NCBI GenBank assembly: GCA_951804945.1
Contig: OX638152.1
Location: 30,566,001-30,630,000 of the forward strand
Source of the DNA: Podarcis cretensis
Taxonomy: Eukaryota
Direction of reading: 5' to 3'
DNA: 64,000 nucleotides
Part shown: piece after piece, positions 49,240-62,069 of the stretch
Numbering within the stretch: the stretch's first letter is position 1
Layout of the letters: the number at the start of each line of letters is the position of its first letter
Translations under genes and position numbers: made by a program
The notes under the pieces: generated by a model
What the model saw: only the letters and a program-made list of their open reading frames with translations
Databases searched by the model: none
What the model was told of the DNA's origin: nothing

Positions 49240-49316
49240 TAAATCCTTCGCTAAGCAGGGAGTTAGGGCTGGGGTAGTTAACCTCCAAGGTCCTTTCAAA
49301 ATCTATGATTCTGTGA
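49240..49316 (+). mobile_element. CR1 3' end, degraded
   Basis: acctccaaggtcctttcaaaatctatgattctgtga. Confidence 0.65.
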
Positions 49317-51419
49317 ACCATTGGGCGAATCGTATTTCATTAGCAAATACTGCAGGAAGCACAGATGTGATGCCAGCCATTGAAGGAGATTGTGAGTTCC
49401 TTCTCTTAAGCACCTTCAGCCTCCACTTTAGTTTTCTCTTTCTTTTTTGTACTCCCCACTGCTGTGCTATTTGAAGGTTCTTCTTCCACCCACAAAGCCT
49501 TTGCTTGAGTTTACTTAATGTGATTGTATGCATGACTGCACCAATATTCTTTTTGTGCAGTGTTCCTCCAGTGCGTTTGGGTTACCTGTAGAGAGTAGAA
49601 AGAGGCAGGCACCTGTGAACTGAATGAACATGGCATACATCTATCTATCACCTCACAATGGGGAGGGGAAAGTTCTCACTTCTCTTTAGGAAATGCTCAG
49701 GGAGACAGGCATGGATAACCACCCATGATGTTCCTTTTGCACAATCCCTTCTTGTGCCCCTGGGACAGCACACTAGTGCCAGAGCTTTGGAGCTACCACT
49801 GAACTGGACGAGCCTTCCCTTGTTGCTCAGATCAAAGAATAAGGTTGTGTGCACACCATGCATATTAAAGCACATTTCCCTTTCTAAAGAATCCTAGAAA
49901 CAAATTGCTAAGGGTGCTGGGAATTGTAGTTCTTTGGGGATCAACGACAGTTCCCAAGATCATTGGGGTGGTGGAATGTGCCTTAAAAGTGTATTAAATG
50001 TCTGGTGTGTACACAGCCCAACACTTGGACTGACCTGCCATGTGAGTTGCTCTGATCTGTTCTTGTTTAACCTTCTGTACTGATCTAGGATCTGGTCCTG
50101 TTCTAGACCAAAGTCCTGGCAGTCTGCCTCCCTTTCGTATATCTTCTTTTCTAAGTCCATTCTGTCTTGTTTTTATTTGTGATTTTAAAACAACAACATG
50201 CACTTAGCATTTGCATAAAAAATACAGAATTTGGGGTCATGTGAGGGCTGCCTTTACACTTTTATGTATAACACAATAGCCACTCCAAAAGCTGGATACC
50301 ATGGCTGCTAGTGTGGCTGTTGCTGCATACTTTTCAGAATGGGCCTGCAAGCACTCCCGTGAGAGATGGGACTTGATGGTGCGCCATATCTCGAAGACTT
50401 TGTATGGGTGAAAAATATTTGTCTCATTACTACTTCTGTGTCTATTTAGCATTAAATTTGATTTGGTTCATAATTATAAATAGCTTTGAATGTTACCAGA
50501 CTTCCTGTATTTTGTTTTGTGCTGTTTCTCATGATGACTCCCACCCCTGCACCCCATCGGCAACTGCAAGACTTCTGACCACCAGCCTGCATTAAATATA
50601 GAAGAATACAATTGAAAAAGTCAAAGCTGAATATATAGGACATGAAAACTAATAGATAGAACAAAATGGAGTGGACTACATGGTGTGCTTAATAATAATA
50701 ATAAAACAGGCTGTATCCATGCAGTTAGTTTGCAGATGAGCTAGTCCATGGTCACACAATCTTTGAACAGCAAACTCCATAGATAACTCATTCAGATGTG
50801 CATATTTGTATATAAATGACTGGGTTAAAGATGCAATAAACTGAAGAAGATTAGAAGTTGTTATATATTGTGAAGAACGCATGCTTTGCATGCAGAAAAT
50901 AACCGGTTCATTTACTCAAAACGCATCCTGCTGTTTTATCTGGGCTGGTAAGCTGTTAGCTTCGGTTTTATGTGCTCCATTGTTGTGCTGTTTTTACCTA
51001 TATAAAGTTCTGAATGGCTTGGGATCTGGGTGCCATGTGAGTTGCTCCTCCATGTTCTTCTAAGACATGGCCTTTTATGTTGTGGCATCTGTGTTGCAGT
51101 GGTCCAGGGGTTGAAGATCCATTACTATCTCTGCAGACAGAGGGCCTGTCTCCACCTTCCACTCAGCATAAAGTGGGAGCTTTTTAGCCACCGTGTGCTT
51201 CAAAGTTAAGCATTTAGGAACACTGACAACATCAGGTGCTTCAGTTCCAAGGCAATAGTGTGCAAGTTCTGTTACAAACAATGGAACTTCCTAGAAAACA
51301 CAACTAAAGTCATTCTGAAAGAAGATACTGAAGTACCCAAATTATTTCCCAAGTATATGCACCAAAAATAGTAGATCTAGCATTCCTAATTGCATAATTG
51401 TAAGTTTATTGAATAATCT

Positions 51420-51780
51420 TAGAAGGGGCCTGGCTGTGACTATCATGAAATGACTCTGCAATTGTGCTGTGTGGCATGTACCCTGTGGGAATGCCCTACT
51501 AATTAAGGTTTGCCTGGCCCCATCATTATATGCTTCTTAGCACCTGGTAAAAACTTGCCCTTTAGTAGTGCCTTCCTTGCTGTCGTGTTTGTGCCCCAAG
51601 TTTGTGATGGTTTCCATTTTTTTCATCCTATTTTTATTGATCCTAATTTTTGTTGGTGATTTTTTTCTGCTGTTCTTTATTGTTTTATTGGGTACATTGT
51701 TTAAGTGTGCTTCTATCGTTTACTAATTTTGTTTGCTTGAAAGAAAACCAGGGTGTGAATTATTGAAATAAAATAACCAA
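51420..51780 (+). mobile_element. L2 3' tail, degraded
   Basis: ctgtgggaatgccctac...ctggtaaaaacttgccctttagtagtgcctt followed by a T-rich UTR. Confidence 0.5.
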
Positions 51781-52214
51781 AATCTACATTGAATGTCTGC
51801 ATAGGCCTAGTGAGGTGAACATGGACTCAGGGAGACCTGAATTCAAATAACTCCTGTATAGCCGGGAAGCTTCCTTGGTGGTATTGGGAAAGCTGCTATC
51901 TGTCAGCCTACCAATGCATGCCATGCAGAGCACTTTGGAGCAAGGGGGAGGGGATGTAATAAATAATGAGTATTAGTTCTGTTTCTTGAGCACAGCTCAA
52001 GTGTGTGTGCTGGCTGAGATTGCTCTCTCCTGTATTTTCACCTGTGTTGGGAGCTCTTAGACAAGCTAGATGGTCCTCACTCTCAGCATTCTTTAGTGGG
52101 CACTTACCTTTGTCAGATCCCACATTGCCCTTTGAGACAGTGTGTGCCTAACAAAACTCTTAGTGAGTTCCTGAATTCTGTTCTGTTCTGAGCACATAAT
52201 AGCAGTCTTGGCCC

Positions 52215-52700
52215 ACTGCACTGGCCCGACTGCTACTGGTTAGTTTCTGGGTTTAGTTCAAAGTGTTGGTTTTGACTGATAAAGCTTTATGTGGCTCAGA
52301 ACCCAATACCTTAAGAACCATCAGTCCCCTTATGAACCAACCAGGACCCTACAATTGTCATCGAAAACCCTTCTCCATGTGAGCTCTCTATGGGAAGCCT
52401 GGACGGTGACAACAGGAGAATAAGCTTTCTTTCGTGATGATTGCATGCTGGTGGTGCCCTCCTCATCTAGTTTAAGGCTCTTCCTTTCTACTTGGGTTTT
52501 GGCTCTTAATTTGAAGAGTTTTAAAGTATTTTTGGCCTCTTCTGTTGGGCAGGGTCTGCTAGACCTATCTTTTGTTTGCATAGTTGTATATTATTTGTTT
52601 CTTTTTAGGTTTTTATTTTAGGTGCTTACTGTAATTGCTTTTAGTTTTATTGTGTTTGTAAGTAATTTTGAATCATTGTTATTAGTAAAGTGATGAATAA
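52215..52700 (+). mobile_element. L2 LINE 3' fragment, degraded
   Basis: tgcactgg...ttcaaagtgttggttttgactgataaagcttta...ccaataccttaagaacc, resembling LHWL..FKVLVLT.KAL..YL. Confidence 0.75.
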
Positions 52701-53898
52701 ATTGTTGTCGTCAACTTTGGCATGGATGAAATGTGGACGCTTACATTTCCTCTGTTTTCGTGCTCCTCAGCAGACTCAGGCAAAATTCCACAGAATAGGG
52801 TGTCACCATCAATATGCATGAGTGAGTGAGCTTGTGACAGGCAAGCTGCCCATCTAGAAGATGGAAAGTTTCTAAAACCTGGGAAAGTTTATCATACTAA
52901 ATGGGCCAAAAGGAACATGCAAAATAGGAGGATTCTGTCAGGGCCATCCTGAATAAATTGAGTGAACAGGCAGCCTATGCTAAATAGATGCCCATTATTG
53001 AGATTTTATTCTGACCCTTACAATCTTGGGGGTTTCTTTATAATGGTATATTGACTCTCAGTTCTTACTGGATATATTGACTTTTAAAAGATGCATTCAT
53101 TTGCTAATTTTCAGATAGTCACCCCATGCTAAACAAAAATGAATAACACTAAGGCTGCAATTCTAATGCCTGCTTACTTGGGAGTAAATTCCCAATTGAC
53201 CTCAGTGACTTTTTTATTAGCAGACTTCTATAGATATGATTGCAGTATTAAAGACGAAGCTTACGAAAACAAGCTAAAAGGGTTCCCAAGTGGCAATACT
53301 GAAGTCCCAGTTCCCTTTCCTGAATATAAACATCATTCTGAATGCAGAAAATGAAGTCAAAGGAATAGAACTTGGGTTACTTCTAGCCTGAAATGTGCTA
53401 GTACTTGGATTTTGGTGGTTCTTTAGTTGGAGTCTACCCTTTAGAACACATCAAATACGGGCAACCTGCTGTTCATGGACCACGTGTGAACTGATGGAAA
53501 GGCTACTGTGCTGCCCAAATCACCCATCACCACCACTGAATTCCCTCAATGCTGCCACATTCTGTTGCCTTCCCACCATTTCCCCAACCCACATGCTGTC
53601 CTGCCCATGTAAATTGCTCTTCCTCCCTACAAAACAGGCCACAAAACAAGTCATTGAGTGGGCTGAGAGTTCACATTTAACGAGGAGGACAGCAGTGGGG
53701 AGGGTTAACTCTGTTTGAATGGGTATGAATGCAAGGCTCTTCCCACTGCCAGCTACTCCGGTCATGTCCACTGGCCGGCAACCCCTGACAACCCACCGAA
53801 GGTTGCATGTGGCCTTTGCATGGTTCCTGTTAGGAACTGAGGTCCTAAGCACTTCCAGTGTGAGAAGGAAATGAGAGTGCAGAAAGAGCCCTTGGAAG

Positions 53899-54076
53899 AG
53901 ACCATGACTCAGTGACGGAGGACCTGATCCCGGGTGCAGTTCCTGGCATCTCCAGTTATAGCTGGGAAAGACTCACATCAGATGTCCTGGAGAGCTGCTG
54001 CCTGTTAGAGTAGATCACACCAAGCTAGTTGAACCAGTGGTCTTATTCAGTATAAGACCAGCAGCTTTCTATGTTT
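53899..54076 (+). mobile_element. tRNA-derived SINE (Squam2-like)
   Basis: cctggcatctccag...gctgggaaagactc...ctggagagctgctgcc...tcagtataag...gctttctatgtt. Confidence 0.8.
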
Positions 54077-54734
54077 GATGGCTATTCTAAGATGGTACCT
54101 GCCATCTGCAGCTTCCAAGAGTACTCAGGTTAAAAAACGAGTAACTTGAAAAACAATGTTTTGCCCAGTTAATCAGGGATGCTTTTTAATTAATCAAAAG
54201 GCTTTTTTTTACTGATTGACCTAACAGATTGTTTAATTAATTAATTTGTTTCAATTAATTTACTGAAAACGATTACTAAAATGGGGAATTCCATGTGCAT
54301 TGTTCACTTTAAAAACGCAGCACACAAATTAATGCATATCTAAGGGAAGAGCAGACAGTGCATCTCAGCAGGCTGTTCTTCTGCTCCTTGGTTTCTAGAC
54401 TGATAAAAGTGTAAGACAGCATTATGAGCAAACAGGCTGAGTCAGGGGAAACACTCCTCTTAGTTTCAGTGGTGTTTATGCAGCACCCAGCCAATGGGGG
54501 CACTGACCCAGGAGCCTCCTAAGTGCAGCCTTAAAATTAATAATGAATAATGAGATTTAATGACCATTATAATCTTCTCTTATGGAGTGTTAATGGCCGT
54601 GAGATTATCAAGAGCAGCTGAAAAATGCAGCCTAGGCAGATGAGGGAATCCCACAGGGGTAGCCTTTTATCAAATATAAAAGAGAGGAAAAAGCCAAACA
54701 TCAAAAACTGCAAAACAGAGTTAAGAAATGAAGA

Positions 54735-54942
54735 GCATAGTGTAGTGGTTTGGATGATGAGTTGGGAAGTATTAGCCTTGAACTCACAGGAGAGCCTTAT
54801 TCTCCCAGCCTCATCTGTTGAATGGGAATAATGATAGATACTTGCCTACCTTAGAGGTGTAGTGAGGATTTCCGATATTTTGTATGTGAAGCACACACTT
54901 TGAGCAATTAGAAACAGTATTAAAAACTGTCAAGGATTATTA
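54735..54942 (+). mobile_element. MIR (CORE-SINE)
   Basis: gcatagtgtagtggtt...cctcatctgttgaatgggaataatgata...cctaccttagaggtgtagtgaggatt...tatgtgaagcac...ttattat. Confidence 0.8.
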
Positions 54943-55164
54943 TCACTAGTTTGTGTGGTCATCATACTTCATCTCTAGTCAGTGCATGTTCCTGTTGAAA
55001 TCCTGTAGTTTTTCATACCAGAAATATTCTCTGTGTTGTTGTTTTTGTCCCACTTTAGTTGTGCTGCAGCCCCTCTGGTTAGCAACAATGTGCTAGCAAT
55101 GGGAAAGCACTGCAGAACAATGAATAAAGCAGAGTAAATCTGCTACTGATTCATTATTATTGTG

Positions 55165-55903
55165 CCAGGAACAAGTTGCAGAATGTTGCCATGTTGCATC
55201 TGTCTGCCTTGAGAGATAATGGAGTGTGCCTCTGGAGGTGAAGTGCTAACAGCACTGAAGTGACCTTCCTGGGGAGCAAGCCTGGGCAGTGTGTATTGAA
55301 GTTATGGCCAAGGTGACAAAAAATAAATAAAAATCCCTCTTGACCTTGCTGATGTGGTTCAGATGAAAGCAGAGCAATATGCTTGGCACCAGCTTGGCTG
55401 TAAGAGTTGCTGGAAGGAGGCATACAAGTCACCATCCAACCATCTTAGGGACTCCACTCCAGATTTGTATAGGGTTTACTCCTTAGCTTTTTCTTCTCCC
55501 AAAGATATCACACAAGGCAGCGGAGATTAGGAATCAGAGTTGTCCTTCTCCTAGAGTAGCTGCCTTCCCAGGTTGACAATCCCCATCTTCCCCTTGCTTC
55601 CTTCTACAGCATGTGCAGAACCCACCTTCTTGATCATTGGACCCACTATTGGTCTCATCTGCTCAATCTGCTGGAATCTGTCTTCACATGCAGGGCAAGT
55701 CCCTAACTCACCAATGGTGTGAGACCCATTAGCTACCCTCACTTGGTTTAGTTGGCCGGTCGAAGCCGTTCCCAGAGTGTGGTTGCACACTGACAGGAGC
55801 CACAGGTGAGACCTGAGTGTAGGGGAACCAAAGGTGGAGAAACTATCCCAGAAGGAGCACAACGTGCCCCCATCAGAGGTACTACCCCTCCCCTAACACC
55901 CCA
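55165..55903 (-). mobile_element. RTE-clade LINE 5'UTR-derived non-autonomous element
   Basis: Minus strand carries the RTE 5'UTR block ggaaggcagctactctaggagaaggacaactctgattcctaatctccgctgccttg...gtaaaccc...ggagtccctaag; no ORF2. A short related piece lies at about 27690-27745. Confidence 0.75.
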
Positions 55904-56279
55904 TAGACCTGCAGTAAAACAGTCTGGAGGGGCCCTTTCACAAGGCTATTGTGTGTTGGTGGACATTCACATTGTGCTAGGGTGGCCTGATGCAAAGGTA
56001 GACAAGACTCTTTCCCCTTTAATTAGAGCATGTTCTCCCATTTCCCTTTTCACTGCTTTCCGTTTAGCTTAGCCTAGATGCTTCTATTCTCAGCTGCATT
56101 TGCTGCTCTGTCCTTGCAAGGCTATTGTTTCCAGCAGAGGCAGCATACAGTGTTGAAACAGCGGTACCTTGGCCCCACACACCCAGTTTTAAATATTTAA
56201 TTGTAAAAGAATGGCATTGTGGAATCACAAGAAAAACAGGAAAACAAACTGGACGTAGATCCGTTCAGAAACTGGTGGA

Positions 56280-57170
56280 ATAACTTCCTTGATTTAAAAT
56301 TGCAGTGCAGGAAATAACCAGAACCTACTTTTATATTACTACCCAAATACCACCAAAATTTACTGTCTTAATTTTCAAAGAGTGTAGAGTTTATACTTTA
56401 TTATTATTTATAATAAAATTTACATGTGAAAAGCTGTAAAATACTCTTAAGGAGTAGGATTAATTTCTTTTTGCTAGTTTTACTGTGCACAAGTTCCCTT
56501 TTCTGTTTTTAGTTTTCTTTCATGTTTGTATAGGCTCTATTATTTTACTAGCATAGAACATAGATTTATAGGATAATAATTGCCAAGAACACAGCTCATT
56601 GTTATGTTTGTTTTTCTATAATCTTATGGAGACTCTTTTGCTAACATGCAGTTTTAGAAAATTTGTTTCTATACCCCTGCCAAAGCTGAAACTTATGAAC
56701 CTAGGGAGCAGCCAAAGTTGGCTTCCATAGATCATCAAGTTTCTTGCTAAAATTATGTAAAAAGGCTTCTGCTTATAGTCTATATGGGACAATGCATGCA
56801 TTAACAGCAGTGAGGGCCATATAAGCAACATTGACCCATTAAATCCTACTGTAAAAATAACATCAATAAGTTCAACATACCAAGTCTTCATACTAAATAA
56901 CAAGACTTTTCTTTGAGAGGGGGGAATTCCAGTTAATTCACATTTTAAGGATCCCATATATGTTTCTACTTACTTCAGGGTCGCTGAAAATGTGTTTAGA
57001 AGTTTTCTTTATTCTGAATCTGAAATGTGATACTTTCTTTATGTTTAAGTTCCGTCTTAAGAATCTTCATAAATGCGAATGTCAGGATCATCCTTTCCCC
57101 AAATTTTTAGAATGAACACATAGAGTGATATTACTACTACAGGTTTACCATACAGCTATGTATTCCCACC
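56280..57170 (-). mobile_element. Old RTE-X-like LINE fragment
   Basis: ORF 56616-56957 contains LMIYGSQLW...IETNFLKL, resembling a post-RT LINE motif; AT-rich and decayed. Confidence 0.45.
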
Positions 57171-59012
57171 AAGTTTTGTCCCTTTTGTAACAGACTTTTG
57201 TACACTCAACCAACAACACTGTCTGCAGAACTGAATGAGGGCAAAATAATTCAATCAGCCAAGCAAGTTCCATTGAAATGAATTGGAAATGTGTGCAAGA
57301 GCACAGTAGTGCCTTCATGCAAATCCTATTTATTTCAGAGAAATTTGCTCGGCAGATGTTTGTGAAGGATTGTGCTTATGCTCTACAAGTTGTGAACAAT
57401 GCCTTTCAGCTGAATGTGGTCATTTTATAGCTTATGGTATCCATCCCAGCTTCGCTGGTCTCCAGCACAACCACAGGACTTGCAATGGGATTCTCTAAGC
57501 AAGAAATGCATTTATCCAAGATGCTCCAAGAAAGATTCAAGCTTTGAGGTGGTGGGTAACAGAGAGCATAATTCATCTGAGATCCTCCAGGCACCAACAA
57601 AGCAGCAAAGAGATAAATGCTATAGAGCGTTAGGCGGAACTACACAGAGAAAGGCTTTGAAACCTTGCCATTCATTCATCACTGCTGGCTCTGTAACTCT
57701 TGGCAGGCCCAGAGATATTGAACCGCATACAAAATGCAAATGAGTCGAGGAGTGGACAAGCTTCAGTGACCAAACAAGCCAGCTGATTTCTCTGTGCGGG
57801 GTGTCACACTTCTGACCCCGTGGTTAGGATTAGGGGTGTAGCTGCTCATGTTTCCATCAAGGACTCATTAGAACTTGCTTACAGGAGCCTACCAGGTCTA
57901 GTACACAACACTAGGTCTGCCAACAAAGTTTATGTTTTTCTAGTAGCATAGTTCAGAGCCATTTTTTAAAAAACCAGAGGAACTACAAGCCACTTCACTG
58001 GTCCACAGGGAGACTAAAGGTGAAACCAATAGTGCTATTTACCAGGTGGCTGAATGATGTGAAACAGTCAGCACCACTGTTTGAGATTCGACACATGGCC
58101 ACTATTTCTACCTTCTAGAAATAAATGAATACTTTTTTCTTTTAACAACTTTTTCCAGCTGGGAGAAAAGGACTTAGAGGTGTTTATTCTGTGTTATTTT
58201 TCAACCTATCTTGTTAGTTTTTTGTACTGCTTTAAAAACTATTTTTAGTTGCTTTTATGTACATTACCTTTAGGCTCATGTGGAAGGCACATCATAAATT
58301 AATATACAGTAAGAAATAAAAACAAACATTTTAAAAGAATATTTTAACAATCTCTTCTAATCCATCCTATGCTTCTTTGTTTTTCTTATTATACTTTTTT
58401 TTAAAGTAGCTGCCCTATATCTTAGCCATTTTTGAATCATTAATTTCACCCACATCTTAATTTATTAATGAGCCTACCTTCTTTCTGGCATTTCTTTCCC
58501 CCAAATATATTTGCAAATCCTTTCTTATTCCCTCCAGGGCATCAGCTCATCTGCTTGCTTGCTTTTTCTTACCCTTATCTTTCCCTTGCAGCCTTAACTA
58601 ACTCTGTGAAGAATTATTTAGTTTGATTCTTTCCCCGCCCCAACAACAATTTTAGTAGAGATTTTTTTAAAGTTATTGTTTAACCCAAGTCTTTGGTTGC
58701 TGTGCACCACAACAAAAAACATGTCATAATTTTATTGTCAAATGTATTGCATGGTGTTGTCTTCTCAAGGAGGATTTGTCACAGAAACAGACAGCTTGTT
58801 GTAAAGCTCGTTTTCAACCATCACCTCTGCTTCATGCTCTACTCTTGCCCTTATAATGGGAGAAAATTAGGCAACAGTGACTTTAGAATGAAGTAAGCTA
58901 AGGCTCTCTTATTTAAAAGGTGGCTTGTGTTTCTGCCATTCTGAATCTAGAGTAGGAGATGGCAGCCTTTGTGTTTAACAGGTAGTGGTTTCATTATATT
59001 CCTCCCAGGCAG

Positions 59013-60253
59013 TAGGGCTGGACGATAACTGGTTTTCAATATTGCAATGTATCACCAGCTAAACAGCACAATATATTGATATATCACGATAATGTGAAAT
59101 ATTATCTGAAATAAGGAAGGAATTACGCAGAGGCGAACAGGACAACTGCTACTACTTAAGGGCTCACAACTGATAAATGATTATATTATCAATCACCTCA
59201 TGATCACTTTCAGCAAAGTCTGGTGATGATTCGTACTGAATACAAATAATCTGGGACTGTCAGTCTGCCAGCAAGCCTGCTACGCGGCAGAAGCGGCAGC
59301 AGTCTGGTGGCAACAGAATCAGTAATGGGGGGGGGCAGAAGAAGTGGCAGCTTGGCAGCAGTGACACAATAATCAGCCTGTGAAGCCTTGCCATGGCAGT
59401 GGGTGGCAGTGGCAGCCTACGAGGCCTTGTCATGGTGGCAGCAGTAGTGGTGGCCTGCAAGGCCTTGCGGCGGTGGCAAAATTGGCAATGGCTTGCTAGG
59501 CCCTGACATGGTGGTGGCAGTAGCAGCAGCAGCCTGTGAGTCGCGGTGGCAGCAGGAGATGGTGACAAAAGCAGAGGTGGCCTGCAAGACCTTGCTGAGG
59601 CAGGCTGCTACAGCTTTGGCCACAGCCTCCCACTACCGCCAAGAGGACTTGCAGGCCACCACCATTTCTTGCCAGCATGGCAAGGCCTCACAAGCCCCAC
59701 TTCTTGGGTCACCACGAGGCCTCGCAGGCTGCCACTACTATTGCCACCATGACCCATTGCTGCTACTGCTGCCATCTCCCGTCACCACCACGAGGCCTTG
59801 CAGGCCGCAAACGTTTCTTCTGTCTCATTTTGTCGCTGCAGTGAGGCCCTGCAGGTCACTGCCATTACTGCCACCAACTTCTGTTGCCGCCACAAGGCCT
59901 CGCAAGCCACTGCTGCTACTGCCACCACCTCCCATCACTGCTGTGAGTTCTCGCAGGCTGCCACCACTAATGCCGCCAGCTCCTGTCACTGCCTCACAAG
60001 TTGCCACTGCTTTTTCTGCTGCCACAAGGCCATGTAGGCTGCCGCTGCTACTGCTTCCCCCTCCTGTTGCCACCATGAGGACTCGCAGGCCACCACTGAT
60101 TGTGCTGCCACCACAAGGCCCTGCAGATATCGCCTAGCTCTTACACATGTTGTGATTCGTGATATATTGCCCGGTCCAATATTATGAAACAATTATCAAG
60201 ATGTGAACTTCAAACTGGTTTTGGACAACATATCTATATATCGCCTAGCCCTA
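59013..60253. mobile_element. 1.24-kb non-autonomous hAT element with an internal GC-rich fold-back minisatellite
   Basis: TIR TAGGGCTGGACGATA / TATCGCCTAGCCCTA; perfect 8-bp TSD CCAGGCAG (59005-59012 and 60254-60261). Confidence 0.93.
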
Positions 60254-60459
60254 CCAGGCAGCATGTTTGATCAGTTCCTGTTCAGAGACAGACTTAATGA
60301 GAGGAATGTAATGGAGAATAATACTCAGAGAGGGAAAGGATTAATTTTTATAATCCAAAATGAGACTGCATAGTAATTCTGCTGGAGTAATACTCATTTC
60401 TTCAATCTCCAAGCTGAAATGTTTTGGTAGCCTTCACACAAGGACCATAAGTACTTATT

Positions 60460-60803
60460 GGGGTGATATGATAGCCATGTTCAAATATATAAAAGGATGT
60501 CACATAGAGGAGGGAGAAAGGTTGTTTTCTGCTGCTCCAGAGAAGCGGACACGGAGCAATGGTTCCAAACTACAAGAAAAAAGATTCCACCTAAACATTA
60601 GGAAGAACTTCCTGACAGTAAGAGCTGTTCGACAGTGGAATTTGCTGTCAAGGAGTGTGGTGGAGTCTCCTTCTTTGGAGGTCTTTAAGCAGAGGCTTGA
60701 CAATCATATGTCAGGAGTGCTCTGATGGTGTTTCCTGCTTGGCAGGGGGTTGGACTCGATGGCCCTTGTGGTCTCTTCCAACTCTATGATTCTATGATTC
60801 TAT
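60460..60803 (+). mobile_element. Young 5'-truncated CR1 LINE
   Basis: Uninterrupted ORF2 end GDMIAMFKYIKGCHIEEGERLF...FKQRLDNHMSGVL*, followed by 3'UTR and CTATGATT repeats; possible TSD TATTG. Confidence 0.97.
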
Positions 60804-60990
60804 TGGTCCATGTAGCCATTGGTTCATCTGACTGCTGTCTATTGAGGCTGGCCATGGTTCTCCAAGATGTCAGGCACAAGTTTCCCTCTCCTATTATACT
60901 TGTCACTGTGTGCACCAGTAATTGCTGTCCATGACTTGGACTAAATTAAATGCAGGCCAAAATGTGTGCACTACTATTTAGCTATGGCCG
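60804..60990 (-). mobile_element. tRNA-derived SINE remnant
   Basis: ttggtccatgtagcc...ggttctccaagatgtcaggcacaag...tagctatggcc; reverse complement of the 30765 family. Confidence 0.55.
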
Positions 60991-61789
60991 CTCCACCGAA
61001 AGGGCAGCTCCAAAGTAGCTTGTGGCTCCATAGGACAGTGCAGCAATGGGTAAATAGTTTACACTTGTATATAAACCACTACGTGGGAATCTTTGTTTTT
61101 TAGCTGTTGACCATTGCAACCTCCATGGTGTCTGAATTGTCTCTATGAGGTACCAATTATAATATAGACTGAGGTAGACAACATGGTGCTCTCCAGATGT
61201 TGTTGGCTTATGTCGTCATCCCTTAACATTGACCATACAGATCAATTGTGGCTGATCAATTTGCAATCCTCGGTGAGTGGTATTCCTGAAACAGATACAA
61301 ATTGGAATTGAACTGCTGGACAACCATAGCTGGATCAACCCTTGTTATACAAGCAAAGTACTCATTGTTGTTACTAACGGAATGAAGACATTACAAGGCA
61401 CCTGAGGAGGGCACTGTGTGCCTGTCTGCACACAGAAACATTGCACTTCCCCCTTTCATTGGGGACCATTTCCCCCAGCAGTGTCATGGGTGTAAATTAG
61501 GTTTTGTTTCAAAGTGTAGCCATATAATTCTCCGCTTCTCACCCCACTAACAAGGGAAGCACAAGCATTCACTTATACGCAGTGATGAGTGGACCTTCCT
61601 TTGCTACATTTAAAAGAATGTTGATCAGATAACTAACATCCAGGGATTCACAACTTCTTTTTAACTATCACTGGGGTTGGCCAATGGTCTCTGAAGTCAT
61701 AAACATGACCTTGGAAGAGCACTTGCTTAGTTTTATGTGACCAGTAATTGCTGTCCATGACTTGGACTAAATTAAATGCAGGCTAAAAT
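60914..61789 (+). repeat. Dispersed 50-bp direct repeat (60914-60963 and 61740-61789)
   Basis: accagtaattgctgtccatgacttggactaaattaaatgcaggc identical over 44 bp, then c/t aaaat. Confidence 0.95.
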
Positions 61790-62069
61790 CACTCTTTGTA
61801 TGTGCAGAAATTTGTTTTCTATTCCAAACTGCAGAAGAATTTCTGAGAGCTTAATGTTTATCTTGTATTTGAGGCAAGCATTAAAGGATGCTGAGATCCA
61901 TACCACCGAGGCAAGAATTGTGTAATCTTGGGATGTCTCTGCTTATACATTAATAAGTAAATGTACAATCTGGAACAATAATGGGGTGGGGGCTAAAGCT
62001 TTTGTGGTAGGTTATCCCCTTCTAACCGTGTTGCTAGTTGAGCTCATTTGCTTTGCCCAGCAGAACTCA

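Noticed and set aside
59493-60137. 214-aa Pro/Ala/Arg-rich ORF, the longest in the window
   Set aside because: It lies wholly within the GC-rich minisatellite of a hAT MITE; low complexity, with overlapping ORFs on both strands.
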